From: Candidatus Eiseniibacteriota bacterium
Lineage (GTDB): Bacteria > Eisenbacteria > RBG-16-71-46
Assembly (NCBI GenBank): GCA_963717935.1
Contig: CAVQXP010000001.1
Span: 64,001-128,000 of the forward strand
Length of the DNA stretch: 64,000 bases
Direction of reading: 5' to 3'
Positions 22,958 through 33,136 of this stretch are shown piece by piece. The stretch's first letter is position 1. Each line of letters starts with the position of its first letter. Under the pieces are notes generated by a model that did no database searches, was not told the DNA's origin, and was given only the letters and a program-made list of their open reading frames with translations. A program made the translations under genes and the position numbers.

Positions 22958-25051
22958 TCACCGGGCGTCGGCCGCGGGTCCGAGCTCCCGATAGCCCTGG
23001 CGCAAGCCGAGGATCCGCTTGGCGTAGTCCTGGGCAAGGGAGTTCGAGGCCAGCTCGCACAGCAGCGCTTCCCCCCCGCGGGCCCGCAGCTCGCGCCAAC
23101 GCGACGAGAGGCTCCCGGGCCCGGCGTTGTAGGCCGAGAGCGCCGCCGCCACGCTGCCGTCGAAGCGCTGCAGCATGCGGGTCAGGTAGCGGGCGCCGTA
23201 GCGCACGTTCGTCTCCGGTTCGAACAGCGCGGCCTCACCCGGCCGCGCCTCGCGAGCCCAGCGCGCGACGTCCCGCGCCGTCGCGAGCTTGAGCTGCATC
23301 AGGCCGAGCGCGTCGCTGCGCGAGCGGGCCAGCGGATCGAAGCGGCTCTCCTGGTACGCGACGGCGAACAGCAGCGCAGGCTCGAGCGAAGCGACCACCG
23401 TGTCGAGCGGGGAGACGAAGAGCGACTCGAAGGCGGGCGGGAAGAGCCACGGGACCCGCGGCCAGGCCGCCGCATCCCACAGGTCCGGATCGTTCACGCG
23501 AACCGCGCGGTCCGCCAGGGCGATGCCGAGCCCCGGCCGCCCCAGCGCGTACGCGAGACCGGCGCCGGTGAGCGCCTCCGCCACCGCGTCGCAGCCGGGC
23601 ACATCCGGACCGGGCCGCACACCACGCGCGCCCACGCGCGCAAGCAGGAGGACGGCCTCGTCCTGCGCGCCGATCGCCACGAGTTCCTCCGCCGCGCGGA
23701 TCGTCGAGCACGAGTCGGCGGCCGGCGCCCCGGCAGACCGGAGCCCGCCGGGCCAGCCCCGGACTCCGAGCGTGTCACGCGCCGCCGCCCGGTAGAACGA
23801 GTAGCCGGGCAACCCCGCGACCAGGCGGAGCAGGGAATCCCCCGCCGCCCGTTCTCCCTGCGCGCGCCGCGCGACGCCATGCCAGAAGCGCGCGCCGTCC
23901 GCGGAGTCGGACGCCCAGCACGCTGCCGCCGAATCCGCCCGGCCCAGGGCGAGGTGCAGCAGGCCGGCGCGAAACGCGGCATCCCCGGCCCGCCGCCCTG
24001 CGTCACGCGTGGTCTGCGCGTACCAGGCGAGCGCTTCGTCCCAGCGGCCGGCGTCCTCCGCCGTGCGGCCCGCCTCCCAGGCCGCGGACTCGCCGAGTGC
24101 CCCGCCCCCGCCCGCGGCGACCCGCGCATACAGCGCGAGGGCCGAGTCCGGCCGTCCCGCCGCGGTCTCGAGCCGGGCGCTCTCGAGCGTCCAGGACAGG
24201 TCGAGGTCGGGCGCGCGGGCTCCCGGACGCAGCTCCCGGACGGCGGCACGCGCCTCCGCGAAGCGCCGCGACCGGCGCAGCCCTTCGCACAGCCTGAGCC
24301 CGGCTTGCCAGCGTTCCTTCCCGGCGCCCGGGTCCGCGCACACCCGCCTCAAGCGCGCGGCCGCCGCGTCGTTCCGGCCGGCCAGCATCTCGACCTCCGC
24401 GCCCGCGCGCTCGTCCCCGATCGTGAGCCGTTCGCCGCGCCCCTGCAGCAGCTCCTCCAGCCGCGCGAGCGCGCGGCCCGCGGCGGACAGCGACGGGTAG
24501 ACGCTCAACGTCTGGCGCGCGAACGCGACCGCCTGCGCGGTGTCGCCCGCCGCCGCGCGCGTGCGCACCCGCAGGGCGAGCCACGCGGCGCGCTCGGCGT
24601 CCGGCCAGCCCGCCCGGTCCGCGCCCTCGAGCAGCGAGTCCGCCGCCCCGGCCGCCCCGCGCGCCAGGGCGAGATCCGCGCGCCCGCGCAGCGCCGGCCA
24701 GGTCCACGGCGTCCACTCCGCGCCGGCCAGCGCCCAGCAGGAATCGGCGCGCACCGTGTCCCCCACCGCCAGGTGGAGCGCGGCGAGTCGATGGCAGGCG
24801 ACCGCGCGCAGATGCGGCTGAGCGGCCGCCGCCTGCCAGAGCGCAAGGCTGTCGGCACGCGTCACGGGCGGCAGCGTCAGCCCGCGGGCCCATGCCGGGG
24901 ACGGGTCGGACCCCGCCACCCACCGCACCACCCCGGTCGAATCCAGCGTCGGAACTCCGAGGCGCATCCGATCGCGTGCCTGCGCGGACGCCGGCAGCAG
25001 GGCGACCGCGACCGCCAGCGCCAGCAGCCACCGCACCCCGCGCCCGCTCAC
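22958..25051 (-). CDS. soluble lytic transglycosylase (Slt-like, TPR superhelix + SLT domain)
   Basis: QESRFDP.A.S...A.GLMQL, N...GARYL, AYNAGPG motifs; signal peptide. Confidence 0.9.
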   Translation of the reverse strand: MSGRGVRWLLALAVAVALLPASAQARDRMRLGVPTLDSTGVVRWVAGSDPSPAWARGLTLPPVTRADSLALWQAAAAQPHLRAVACHRLAALHLAVGDTVRADSCWALAGAEWTPWTWPALRGRADLALARGAAGAADSLLEGADRAGWPDAERAAWLALRVRTRAAAGDTAQAVAFARQTLSVYPSLSAAGRALARLEELLQGRGERLTIGDERAGAEVEMLAGRNDAAAARLRRVCADPGAGKERWQAGLRLCEGLRRSRRFAEARAAVRELRPGARAPDLDLSWTLESARLETAAGRPDSALALYARVAAGGGGALGESAAWEAGRTAEDAGRWDEALAWYAQTTRDAGRRAGDAAFRAGLLHLALGRADSAAACWASDSADGARFWHGVARRAQGERAAGDSLLRLVAGLPGYSFYRAAARDTLGVRGWPGGLRSAGAPAADSCSTIRAAEELVAIGAQDEAVLLLARVGARGVRPGPDVPGCDAVAEALTGAGLAYALGRPGLGIALADRAVRVNDPDLWDAAAWPRVPWLFPPAFESLFVSPLDTVVASLEPALLFAVAYQESRFDPLARSRSDALGLMQLKLATARDVARWAREARPGEAALFEPETNVRYGARYLTRMLQRFDGSVAAALSAYNAGPGSLSSRWRELRARGGEALLCELASNSLAQDYAKRILGLRQGYRELGPAADAR

Positions 25052-25055
25052 GCCC

Positions 25056-26598
25056 TCACTCCCACTCGATCGTCGCCGGGGGCTTGCTGGTGCAGTCGTA
25101 GACCACTCGGTTGATGCCGCGCACCTCGTTGACGATGCGCGACGAGACGCGCGCCAGCAGGCTCGCGGGCAGGCGCGTCCAGTCGGCGGTCATGCCGTCC
25201 TGGCTGTTCACCGCGCGCAGCGCGATGACCTTCTCGTAGGAGCGCTCGTCGCCCTTCACCCCCACGGTCGAGACCGGCAGCAGGACGGCCAGCGCCTGCC
25301 ACGTCCGCCCGTACCACTTCGCGCGGCGCAACTCCTCGATGAAGATCGCGTCCGCGCGACGCAGCAGCTCGAGGTCGTGCTCGGTGATCGGGCCGAGGAT
25401 GCGCACCGCGAGCCCCGGCCCCGGGAACGGGTGCCGGTCCACCAGGTGGTCCGGCAGCCCCAGCGCCCGGCCCAGCTCGCGCACCTCGTCCTTGAAGAGC
25501 CAGGCGCAGCGGCTCGATGAGCTTGAGCTTCATCCGGTCCGGCAGGCCACCGACGTTGTGGTGGCTCTTGATGACCTGCGAGCCGAAGCCCGCCGAGGCG
25601 CTCTCGATCACGTCCGGGTAGAGCGTGCCCTGCGCGAGCCACTCGACCGGGCCGATCTTCCGGGCCTCGTCCTCGAAGACCCCGATGAACTCCTCGCCGA
25701 TGATCTTGCGCTTGCGCTCCGGATCGCTGACCCCGGCGAGCCGGTCGAGGAAGCGCCGCCGGGCGTCCACGATCTCGAGCCTCAAGCCGCGCTTCACCCC
25801 CAGCTCGCGCGCCACCTCCTCCGCCTCGCCCTCGCGCAGCAGGCCGTGGTTCACCATCACGCAGGTCAGGCGCTTGCCGACCGCGCGGTGACAGAGCGTG
25901 GCGACCACGCTCGAGTCCACGCCGCCCGAGAGCCCGCAGAGGATGTGGCCCTCCGGCCCCACCTGCGCGCGGATCGCGGCGACCGCGCTCTTCAGGAACG
26001 ACTTCATGCTCCAGCCGCCCTCCAGGCGCGCCACCTTGAAAAGGAAGTTCGCGAGCACCTGCCTGCCGTAGGGCGAGTGCACGACCTCCGGGTGGAACTG
26101 GATCAGGTGGAACGGGCGCTTCTCGTGCTCCGCCGCGGCGAAGGCGCAGTTCGCGGTGTGCGCCACGCGGCGCCAGCCCGCGGGGAGCGCGGCCACCTCG
26201 TCACCGTGGCTCATCCACGCGCGGAAGCGCTTCGGCACCTTCTCGAACAGGAGCGAGCGCCCGTCCCGCACGAAGGTCGCCATGCCGTACTCGGCGCGCG
26301 ACGCGCGCTCGAGCTCCCCGCCCATCAGCTGCATCGTGGCCTGGAAGCCGTAGCAGATGCCGAGCAGCGGTTTCTTCAGTTCGTAGATGCCGGGGTCGGG
26401 CATCGGCGCCGCGACCTTGTAACCGCTCGCCGGCGAGCCCGAGAGGATGAGCGCGCTCGGCCGGCGCGCGGCGATCGCCGCCGCGGGCGTGGTGCCCGGC
26501 ACGATCTCCGAGAACACCCCCAGCTCGCGCACCCGCCGAGCGATCAGCTGCGTGTACTGCGAGCCGAAGTCGAGGATGACGACGAGTTCACGGGACAT
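25056..26598 (-). CDS. guaA: GMP synthase (glutamine-hydrolysing), split by a +1 frameshift near 25500
   Basis: [44 protein letters not shown], then in a new frame [24 protein letters not shown]. Confidence 0.93.
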
Positions 26599-26613
26599 GG
26601 TCCGTCTCCTGGC

Positions 26614-28155
26614 TCAGTGCCTGAACACCCTTCGGTCCGTGAACACCATCGCCAGGCCCCGCTCGTCGCAGGCGGCGACGACCTCGGGGTCGCGCACCGA
26701 GCCACCGGGCTGGACGAAGGCGGTGATGCCGGCCCCGGCTGCGTGCTCGATGTTGTCGGCGAAGGGGAAGAACCCGTCGCTCGCGAGCACGGTGCCCTGC
26801 AGCTCGTGCCCGGCGCGGCGCGCCTTCATCAGCGCCACGTCCACCGCGTCCACGCGGCTGGTCTGCCCGGAGCCGAGCCCGACCAGCGTGCCGCCACGCG
26901 CGAGGGCGATGGCGTTGGAGCGCGCGGCAGCCACCACCTCCCAGGCGAAGCGCAGGCCCGCCATCTCCTCCGGCGTGGGCGGCCGTCTCGTCACCACGCG
27001 CCACTCCGGCGGCGCGCCCTCCGGCTCCCGCGACAGCAGCGCCCAGGGTCCCAGGAACCGGACGGCCCAGGAGTCAGGCGACGCAAGCGATTGTGCCTCA
27101 AGCGATACGACCCGCAGGTTCTTCCTGGACTTGAAGGCCTCCGACGCCTCGCGCGTGAACCCGGGCGCCGCCACGCACTCCGCGAACTGCTTCGCCACGA
27201 GGCCCGCCGTCCCGCCGTCCAGCGGACGGTTGAAGGCGACAATCCCGCCGAAGGCCGACTGCTCGTCGGTGTGGAACGCCTCCTCGTAGGCCGCGGCGAG
27301 CGCCGGCGCCACGGCTGCGCCGCAGGGCTGGCCGTGCTTGACGATGACACAGGCGGGCGGCTCGAAGCGGCCCACCAGCGCGACGGCCGCCTCGAGGTCG
27401 AGGAGGTTGTTGTAGGAGAGTTCCTTCCCCTCCTTCCACGCGTCCAGCGCCGCCTTCCCGCCGAGCCGCGCGTAGAGCGCCGCAGGCTGGTGGGGGTTCT
27501 CCCCGTAGCGCAGGTGGCGCGCGCGCTCGAGCGCCAGCACGTGGACGGGCGGCGGCTCGGCCCCGCCCGCGACGTCCGCGCGCCCCGCCAGGTCGCCGGC
27601 GATCGCCGCGTCGTAGCGTGCGGTCCGCGCGAAGGTGCGCAGCGCCCAGGTGCGCCGTCGCTCCAGCGTCACCGTGTCCGACTCGAGTGCCGCGAGCGCC
27701 TCGGCGTACTGGCCGGGATCGTGCAGCACGATGACGTCGGCGAAGTTCTTGGCCGCGGCGCGCAGCAGGGCGACGCCGCCGATGTCGATCTCCTCGACCG
27801 CGCCGGCTTCGTCCAGCGCGCCCGCGCGCTCCTCGAACGGATAGAGCGTCACCGCCACCAGGTCGAGCGGCGTGAGTCCGCGCGCGGCGAGCGCCGCCAG
27901 GTCGGCGGGCTCGCCACGCCGCGCCAGGATGGGTGCGTGCACGTGCGGGTGCAGGGTCTTCACGCGCCCACCCAGCAACTCCCCGAAGCCGGTCCACTCC
28001 TCGACCGGCGTCACGGCCACGCCGGCCGCGGCGAGGTGCCTCGCGGTGCCGCCCGAGGCGACGATCTTCGTCCCACGCTCGGCGAGGGCCCGCGCGAAGT
28101 CGGCGGCCCCGCGCTTCTCCGAGAGCGAGAACAGCGCGGCCCGGGGCCAGCTCAC
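26614..28155 (-). CDS. purH: bifunctional AICAR transformylase/IMP cyclohydrolase
   Basis: SGGTA, GRVKTLHP, IDIGG, RAAAKN, YGENPHQ, SDGFFPF, QPGGS motifs. Confidence 0.96.
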   Translation of the reverse strand: MSWPRAALFSLSEKRGAADFARALAERGTKIVASGGTARHLAAAGVAVTPVEEWTGFGELLGGRVKTLHPHVHAPILARRGEPADLAALAARGLTPLDLVAVTLYPFEERAGALDEAGAVEEIDIGGVALLRAAAKNFADVIVLHDPGQYAEALAALESDTVTLERRRTWALRTFARTARYDAAIAGDLAGRADVAGGAEPPPVHVLALERARHLRYGENPHQPAALYARLGGKAALDAWKEGKELSYNNLLDLEAAVALVGRFEPPACVIVKHGQPCGAAVAPALAAAYEEAFHTDEQSAFGGIVAFNRPLDGGTAGLVAKQFAECVAAPGFTREASEAFKSRKNLRVVSLEAQSLASPDSWAVRFLGPWALLSREPEGAPPEWRVVTRRPPTPEEMAGLRFAWEVVAAARSNAIALARGGTLVGLGSGQTSRVDAVDVALMKARRAGHELQGTVLASDGFFPFADNIEHAAGAGITAFVQPGGSVRDPEVVAACDERGLAMVFTDRRVFRH

Positions 28156-29087
28156 GCGACCTCCCCGCCGAGGCGACGCACGGCCTCGAGGTAGCGCTCC
28201 TGGGTCCTGGTCACGACCTCCCCGGGCAGCGGCGGCGCGGGCGGCTCGTGGTCCCAGCCGGACTCGTCGAGCCAGTCGCGCACGAACTGCTTGTCGAAGG
28301 AGAGCAGCCGGCCCGCCTCGTAGGCGGCCCGGCCCCAGTAGCGCGACGAGTCGGGGGTGAGCGCCTCGTCGATCAGCGTGAGCGCACCGTCCACGAACCC
28401 GAACTCGAACTTGGTGTCCGCCAGCACCAGGCCCCGCTCCCACGCCCGCGCGCGCGCCTCCTCGTAGATCGCCAGGCTCCGCTCCCGCAGCGCCGCGGCG
28501 GTCTCCCCACCCACCGACCCGACCAAGCACTCGAACGAGATGTTCTCGTCGTGTCCGGTCTCGGACTTGGTGGCGGGAGTGAAGATCGCGGGCTCGATCC
28601 GCGAGCCCTCCTCCAGCCCGGCCGGCAGGGTGATGCCGCAGACCGCGCCGCTCCGCCGGTACTCCTTGAGCCCCGAGCCGGTGAGGTAGCCGCGCACCAC
28701 GCACTCGATGTCCACGCGGGCCGCCCGCCGCACCAGGTGGGCGCGCCCGCGCAGCAGCGCGGCATGCGCGTCGAAGGGCGCGGGGAACGCCGCCGGCTCG
28801 TCGCTCACGAGATGGTGCGGCGCGGCGCTCGCGAGGGTGCGCATCCACCAGGCCGAGAGCAGCGAGAGGATGGCGCCCTTGCCGGGAATGGGCGTGGGGA
28901 GCACCGAGTCGTAGGCCGAGAGCCGGTCGCTGGCGACGATGACCAGGTGCTCCGGCCCGGCCTCGTAGATCGAGCGCACCTTGCCGCGCTTCCAGGGCGC
29001 GAGGCCGGGGAGGGCGACCTCATCGACGGCGTGGGCCGCCTCGAGCAACTCCTTCGGGACCGCGAGACGCGTGCGGGTCACGTCCAT
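28152..29087 (-). CDS. purC: SAICAR synthetase
   Basis: GKVR, SDRLSAYD, ECVVRGYL.GSG, DTKFEFG, DE.LTPDSSR, DKQFVRDW motifs. Confidence 0.96.
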   Translation of the reverse strand: MDVTRTRLAVPKELLEAAHAVDEVALPGLAPWKRGKVRSIYEAGPEHLVIVASDRLSAYDSVLPTPIPGKGAILSLLSAWWMRTLASAAPHHLVSDEPAAFPAPFDAHAALLRGRAHLVRRAARVDIECVVRGYLTGSGLKEYRRSGAVCGITLPAGLEEGSRIEPAIFTPATKSETGHDENISFECLVGSVGGETAAALRERSLAIYEEARARAWERGLVLADTKFEFGFVDGALTLIDEALTPDSSRYWGRAAYEAGRLLSFDKQFVRDWLDESGWDHEPPAPPLPGEVVTRTQERYLEAVRRLGGEVA

Positions 29088-29138
29088 GCGCTTCTCCTTC
29101 CCCGCCGCCTCACGGGACGGCGCGGTGTGCCGCGTGAA

Positions 29139-29897
29139 TCAGCGCGCGCCGCGGGGCAGAGCAGCTCCGAGCGCGAAGTTCGCGGCCACCCAGGCGGGCA
29201 GCCGCGCGATGGTGTCGATGGCAGGCTCGCCGTCCACGGCGTAATCGCCATGCGGATCCAGCAGGACGAAGTGGAGCCCCGCCCCGCGCGCGCCCGCGCC
29301 GTCCACCCGGCGCAGGTCCCCGACATAGAGCGTGCGTTCGGCGGGCAGGCCGAGGCGCTCGAGCGCCACGTGGAAGATGCCCGGTTCCGGCTTGGCGATG
29401 CCGACGTGATGCGAGTCCACCACGAACTCGAGCCCGCGGAGCATGTCGCAGGCCGCCAGGAGCTCTTCGGCGCGGCCATCCGAGTTGGAGACGCAGGCCA
29501 GCCTCGGGCCGAGCAGGGCCAGCGCGTCGAGACAGCCCCGAGCGCCCTCGACCGGCCGCGCCCACAGACCGACACCCGCCTGGCGCTCGTAGAAACGCTC
29601 GAGGGCGGGGCCGACGAGCGAGCGCGGCACGCCCGCGGCCTCGAGGATGACGCGGAAGTACAGGCGCGTGTCGCCACGCTCGCCCAGGCGCGGCTCGCCG
29701 GCCACGGCCGGGGGCGGCGGCTGGTCGAAGGCCTGGTCGAAGGCCTTGCGGGCCGCGACCTCCGAACGGCGCAGCGCCTCGGCGCTCACCTCGTGGCCCA
29801 GTCCACGCACGGTCTCGCTCATCCATTCGAAGTCGAGGCGCACGAGCGTGCCACCGGCGTCGAAGAGGACGGCCTCCAGCAGCGGACGCTCAGCCAC
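29139..29897 (-). CDS. HAD-superfamily hydrolase
   Basis: FDAGGTL, VSN.D, KP.P.IF, YVGD...D..GA motifs. Confidence 0.9.
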   Translation of the reverse strand: MAERPLLEAVLFDAGGTLVRLDFEWMSETVRGLGHEVSAEALRRSEVAARKAFDQAFDQPPPPAVAGEPRLGERGDTRLYFRVILEAAGVPRSLVGPALERFYERQAGVGLWARPVEGARGCLDALALLGPRLACVSNSDGRAEELLAACDMLRGLEFVVDSHHVGIAKPEPGIFHVALERLGLPAERTLYVGDLRRVDGAGARGAGLHFVLLDPHGDYAVDGEPAIDTIARLPAWVAANFALGAALPRGAR

Positions 29898-30534
29898 GCG
29901 CGACCTCCGTCGGGCAGCCCCCGAAGACGAGCCGCCGGCCCTCGCGCCGCCACGGCTCACCGAGGAAGCGCCGCACGGCCCCCGGGTAGAGCCGGTGCTC
30001 GGCCTCGTGGATCCGGCGCTCCAGCGTCTCGAGCGTATCGTCCTCGCGGATCTCCACCGCCTCCTGCGCCACGATGGGGCCCGCGTCGACGCCGGCATCC
30101 ACGAGGTGCACGGTGCAGCCCGTGACCTTGACGCCGTGCTCGAACGCCCTGCGCATGGCGTCGAGCCCCGGGAACGCGGGCAGCAGCGAGGGATGGAGGT
30201 TGAGGATACGGTCCGGAAAGGCACCGAGCAGGGGCTCGTGCAGCCGGCGCATGAAGCCCGCGAGCAGCAGCGTGTCCACCTCGTGCGCGCGCAGGAGGTC
30301 GAGCCAGGGCGTCTCGTCCTCGAGCCGCGTGCGAAAGCGCCCGGCGGGCGGACAGGCGCGCGGGACACCCAGGCGCCCGGCGCGGACGAGGACCTGCGCG
30401 TCCGGGACGTCGCAGAGGAGCAGGACGACCTGCCCCCCCAATTCGCCCCGCTTCGAGGCGAGCGTGAGCGCCTCGAAGTTGCTTCCGTCCCCCGAGGCGA
30501 GGACGGCGAGCCGGTACGGCCGGGTGGCGGGCAC
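29890..30534 (-). CDS. purN: phosphoribosylglycinamide formyltransferase
   Basis: LASGDGSNF, LAGFMR, NLHPSLLP, TGCTVH.VD.GVDAGPI motifs. Confidence 0.95.
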   Translation of the reverse strand: MPATRPYRLAVLASGDGSNFEALTLASKRGELGGQVVLLLCDVPDAQVLVRAGRLGVPRACPPAGRFRTRLEDETPWLDLLRAHEVDTLLLAGFMRRLHEPLLGAFPDRILNLHPSLLPAFPGLDAMRRAFEHGVKVTGCTVHLVDAGVDAGPIVAQEAVEIREDDTLETLERRIHEAEHRLYPGAVRRFLGEPWRREGRRLVFGGCPTEVARG

Positions 30535-30539
30535 GCCGC

Positions 30540-30569
30540 AATCTACCAACCGCGCGCGCGGCCGGGCAA
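30540..30569 (-). promoter_or_regulatory. promoter of pur/gua operon, probably leaderless purN
   Basis: TTGCCC-N18-TAGATT with TGn extension, 5 nt before GTG, no SD. Confidence 0.55.
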
Positions 30570-30578
30570 ATGCGCGTC

Positions 30579-32954
30579 TCACCGCCGCCGCGGCAGCCCG
30601 GACGGCGCACGCAGCTCGGATGCCTCGGCGCGCGCGCCGGGCCGCGCGCATCTCCAGTCCAGCTCCCCGATGCCGTCCTCCGACCACTCGAGCCACAGCG
30701 CGCCCGCCGCGTCGGTGCGCAGCACCCGCGCGCCGGCGACCCGCAACCGCTCGAGCAGCGCCGGCGCGGGATGCCCGAAACGGTTCCTCGCCCCCACCGA
30801 GAGCAGCGCGTGCCGCGGCCGCGCCCGCCCCAGGAACCGCACGCCGGTCGAGGATCCCGCACCGTGGTGCGCGACCTTGAGGAGCCCGAGCCCGGGCGGA
30901 ACCCCGATCGAGTCCTCGACCGTGCTGTCCACGTCCGCCATGAAGAGCAGGCGCCCACGTCCGCCGCCGGCCTCGATCACCAGCCCGGCGTTGTTGTCGG
31001 AGCCCGCTCGCGGCTGCCGCGGCGGCCACAGCACGCGCACCGGCGGCGCGGCGCACAGCACGGCGCCGCGCGTCAGGCGCCGCAGCGGCCGGCGGGCCGG
31101 GAGGCTCCCTTGCTCGTGGCGCGGCGACACGCCCACGCGCTCCACGCCCAGACCGCGGAGCACCGCTCCCGCCCCTCCCGCGTGATCGCTGTCGTCGTGC
31201 GTGAGCAGCAGCCACTCGAGCCGCCTGACACCCGCCCAGCGGAAGAAGGGCAGCACGACGCCTTCGCCCGCGTCGTAGCCGGGCGTGCGCGGCCCGGCGT
31301 CCAGCAGCCACCACGAACGGCCGAAGGCGAGCGCGAGCGCATCGCCCTGTCCCACGTCGAGCGCCACGAGCCACGCGCGACCCGGCGGCGGCGCGAGCGG
31401 CTGCACGGTGAGCACGCACAGCAGCGCCGTGCCGAGCAGCGTGACTCCCAGCACTTTCGCCGCTTCGCGCACCGGCGAGTCGGGCCGTTGCCGGCCTTCG
31501 AGCGTGCGCGACCGCGGCAGCGCGAGGGCGAGCAGCGCGACTCCGAGGGCCGCGCACCACGGGACCCCGCGCTCCGCCCCCGCCGCAGCCAGGGCCCCCG
31601 GGGCGCGCGCGGCCGTCATCGTGGTCCAGCGCAGCGCAGCGGCGAGCACCTCTCCGGCCGAGAACCACGGGTGGCCCGCGCCCGGCACGGCGAGGTCCGC
31701 CAGCGCCCCCAGCCAGGCTGCCGCAAGCAGCAGGCCCGCGACCGGCACCGCGACCAGGTTCGAGAACGTGCCCACCCACGAGACCGCGTGGAAGCGCGCG
31801 AGCAACAGGGGCAGCGCACCGGCCTGGGCGCCCAGCGTCGGGATGAACGGGGCGCACCACGCGCGCCGGCGCCCCGCGCGCTCGGCCAGCCACGGAGCGA
31901 GAGTCACGAGCCCGAGCGTGGCAGCGAACGAGAGTTGGAAGCCGAGATCCGCGGCCCAGCCCGGCGCGCAGGCCAGCAGCCCGAGCGCGCTCAGCGCCAG
32001 CGCCTGCAACGGATCGAGGGCGCGCCCGCGCAGCGACGCCACCGCCATCAGACACTCGTGCGCCGCCGCGCGCATCAGCGAGGGGAGCGGCCCGGCCAGC
32101 CCGGCGTAGAAGACCGCGCACAGCGCCGCGGCCACCGCGCGCGCCCTCACGCCCCCCCCGACCGAGGCCACCACCGCGCGCGCGATCGAGGCGAGCCAGA
32201 CGACGTGCAACCCGGAGAGCGCCAGCAGGTGGATGAGTCCCGAGGCGCGCAGGTCGGCGTAGAGCCCGGTCGAGAGCGCGGAGCGGTCGCCCGTGACGAG
32301 CGGCACGACCAACTCGCGCGCCCCGGGCGAGAGCCCGGCGTCGAGCCGGCGCTCGATGCCTCGCCGCCACCGCGCCACGGTCGCGCGCGGCCACGCACCC
32401 GGCAGGGACGCGGGGCCGGCCCGCGCCAGGAAGGCGCGGCCCGACCCCGCGAGCGACGCAGCGTCGGCGACGGCGAGACCATCGAAGCCACCCGGGTCGC
32501 GCGGCGGCCGGGGCGGCTCGACTCGCACCACCGCGTCCACGACATCACCCCACTCCACTTCCGACCCCGCCGGCAGGCGCACGCGCAGCCGCGTGCCCGC
32601 CACCAGCGCCGGCCGCGCGCAACGCACCGTGACGACCGCCACGGGCTCGCCCGCCTCGCGCGGCGGCGGCTCGGCGACGCGCGCGACGACGTGGTAGAAC
32701 GAGCCGCCCCGCTCGAGCGCCAGCCGCTCGCGGTCGAGCACCGCGCGGTGCCCGGCGCCCCGCGCACCGGCCGCCAGGCCCAGGGCGAGCAGCGCCATCG
32801 TGGCGCCCACGCGCGGCGGCGCGCCCCACGCCACGAACGCGAACAGGAGTCCGCAGACCAGCGCGGCGAGCGCCAGGGGCACGCCGAGGCCCGCCCCCAG
32901 CAACACTCCCACCCAGACCACGATGCCGGCCAGCACCGCTCCCCGACCGCCCAT
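30579..32954 (-). CDS. comEC: DNA internalization competence protein ComEC/Rec2
   Basis: GLIHLLALSGLHV, GFQLSF, LDVGQGDA, THxDxDH, KVAHHG, NRFGHP motifs. Confidence 0.93.
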   Translation of the reverse strand: MGGRGAVLAGIVVWVGVLLGAGLGVPLALAALVCGLLFAFVAWGAPPRVGATMALLALGLAAGARGAGHRAVLDRERLALERGGSFYHVVARVAEPPPREAGEPVAVVTVRCARPALVAGTRLRVRLPAGSEVEWGDVVDAVVRVEPPRPPRDPGGFDGLAVADAASLAGSGRAFLARAGPASLPGAWPRATVARWRRGIERRLDAGLSPGARELVVPLVTGDRSALSTGLYADLRASGLIHLLALSGLHVVWLASIARAVVASVGGGVRARAVAAALCAVFYAGLAGPLPSLMRAAAHECLMAVASLRGRALDPLQALALSALGLLACAPGWAADLGFQLSFAATLGLVTLAPWLAERAGRRRAWCAPFIPTLGAQAGALPLLLARFHAVSWVGTFSNLVAVPVAGLLLAAAWLGALADLAVPGAGHPWFSAGEVLAAALRWTTMTAARAPGALAAAGAERGVPWCAALGVALLALALPRSRTLEGRQRPDSPVREAAKVLGVTLLGTALLCVLTVQPLAPPPGRAWLVALDVGQGDALALAFGRSWWLLDAGPRTPGYDAGEGVVLPFFRWAGVRRLEWLLLTHDDSDHAGGAGAVLRGLGVERVGVSPRHEQGSLPARRPLRRLTRGAVLCAAPPVRVLWPPRQPRAGSDNNAGLVIEAGGGRGRLLFMADVDSTVEDSIGVPPGLGLLKVAHHGAGSSTGVRFLGRARPRHALLSVGARNRFGHPAPALLERLRVAGARVLRTDAAGALWLEWSEDGIGELDWRCARPGARAEASELRAPSGLPRRR

Positions 32955-33072
32955 GCCTCACGCCCACCGGAAGAGGCGTGCCACGCGCCGGCTGCCCCCG
33001 GCGAAGCGCGGAGGCCCGCGCCACGCGCGCGGCCGCTCGCCACCACCGCTGACTCCGCCCGACGGAATGCGC

Positions 33073-33103
33073 GGGGGCCCGTCCACGTCGTGGACGGGCC
33101 CCC
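33073..33103. terminator. GC-rich hairpin between PEGA gene and comEC
   Basis: GGGGGCCCGTCCACG-T-CGTGGACGGGCCCCC; no U-tract. Confidence 0.55.
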
Positions 33104-33136
33104 CTCGTCGTTGTCGCCCGCCGCGCGGGCTGCGGC

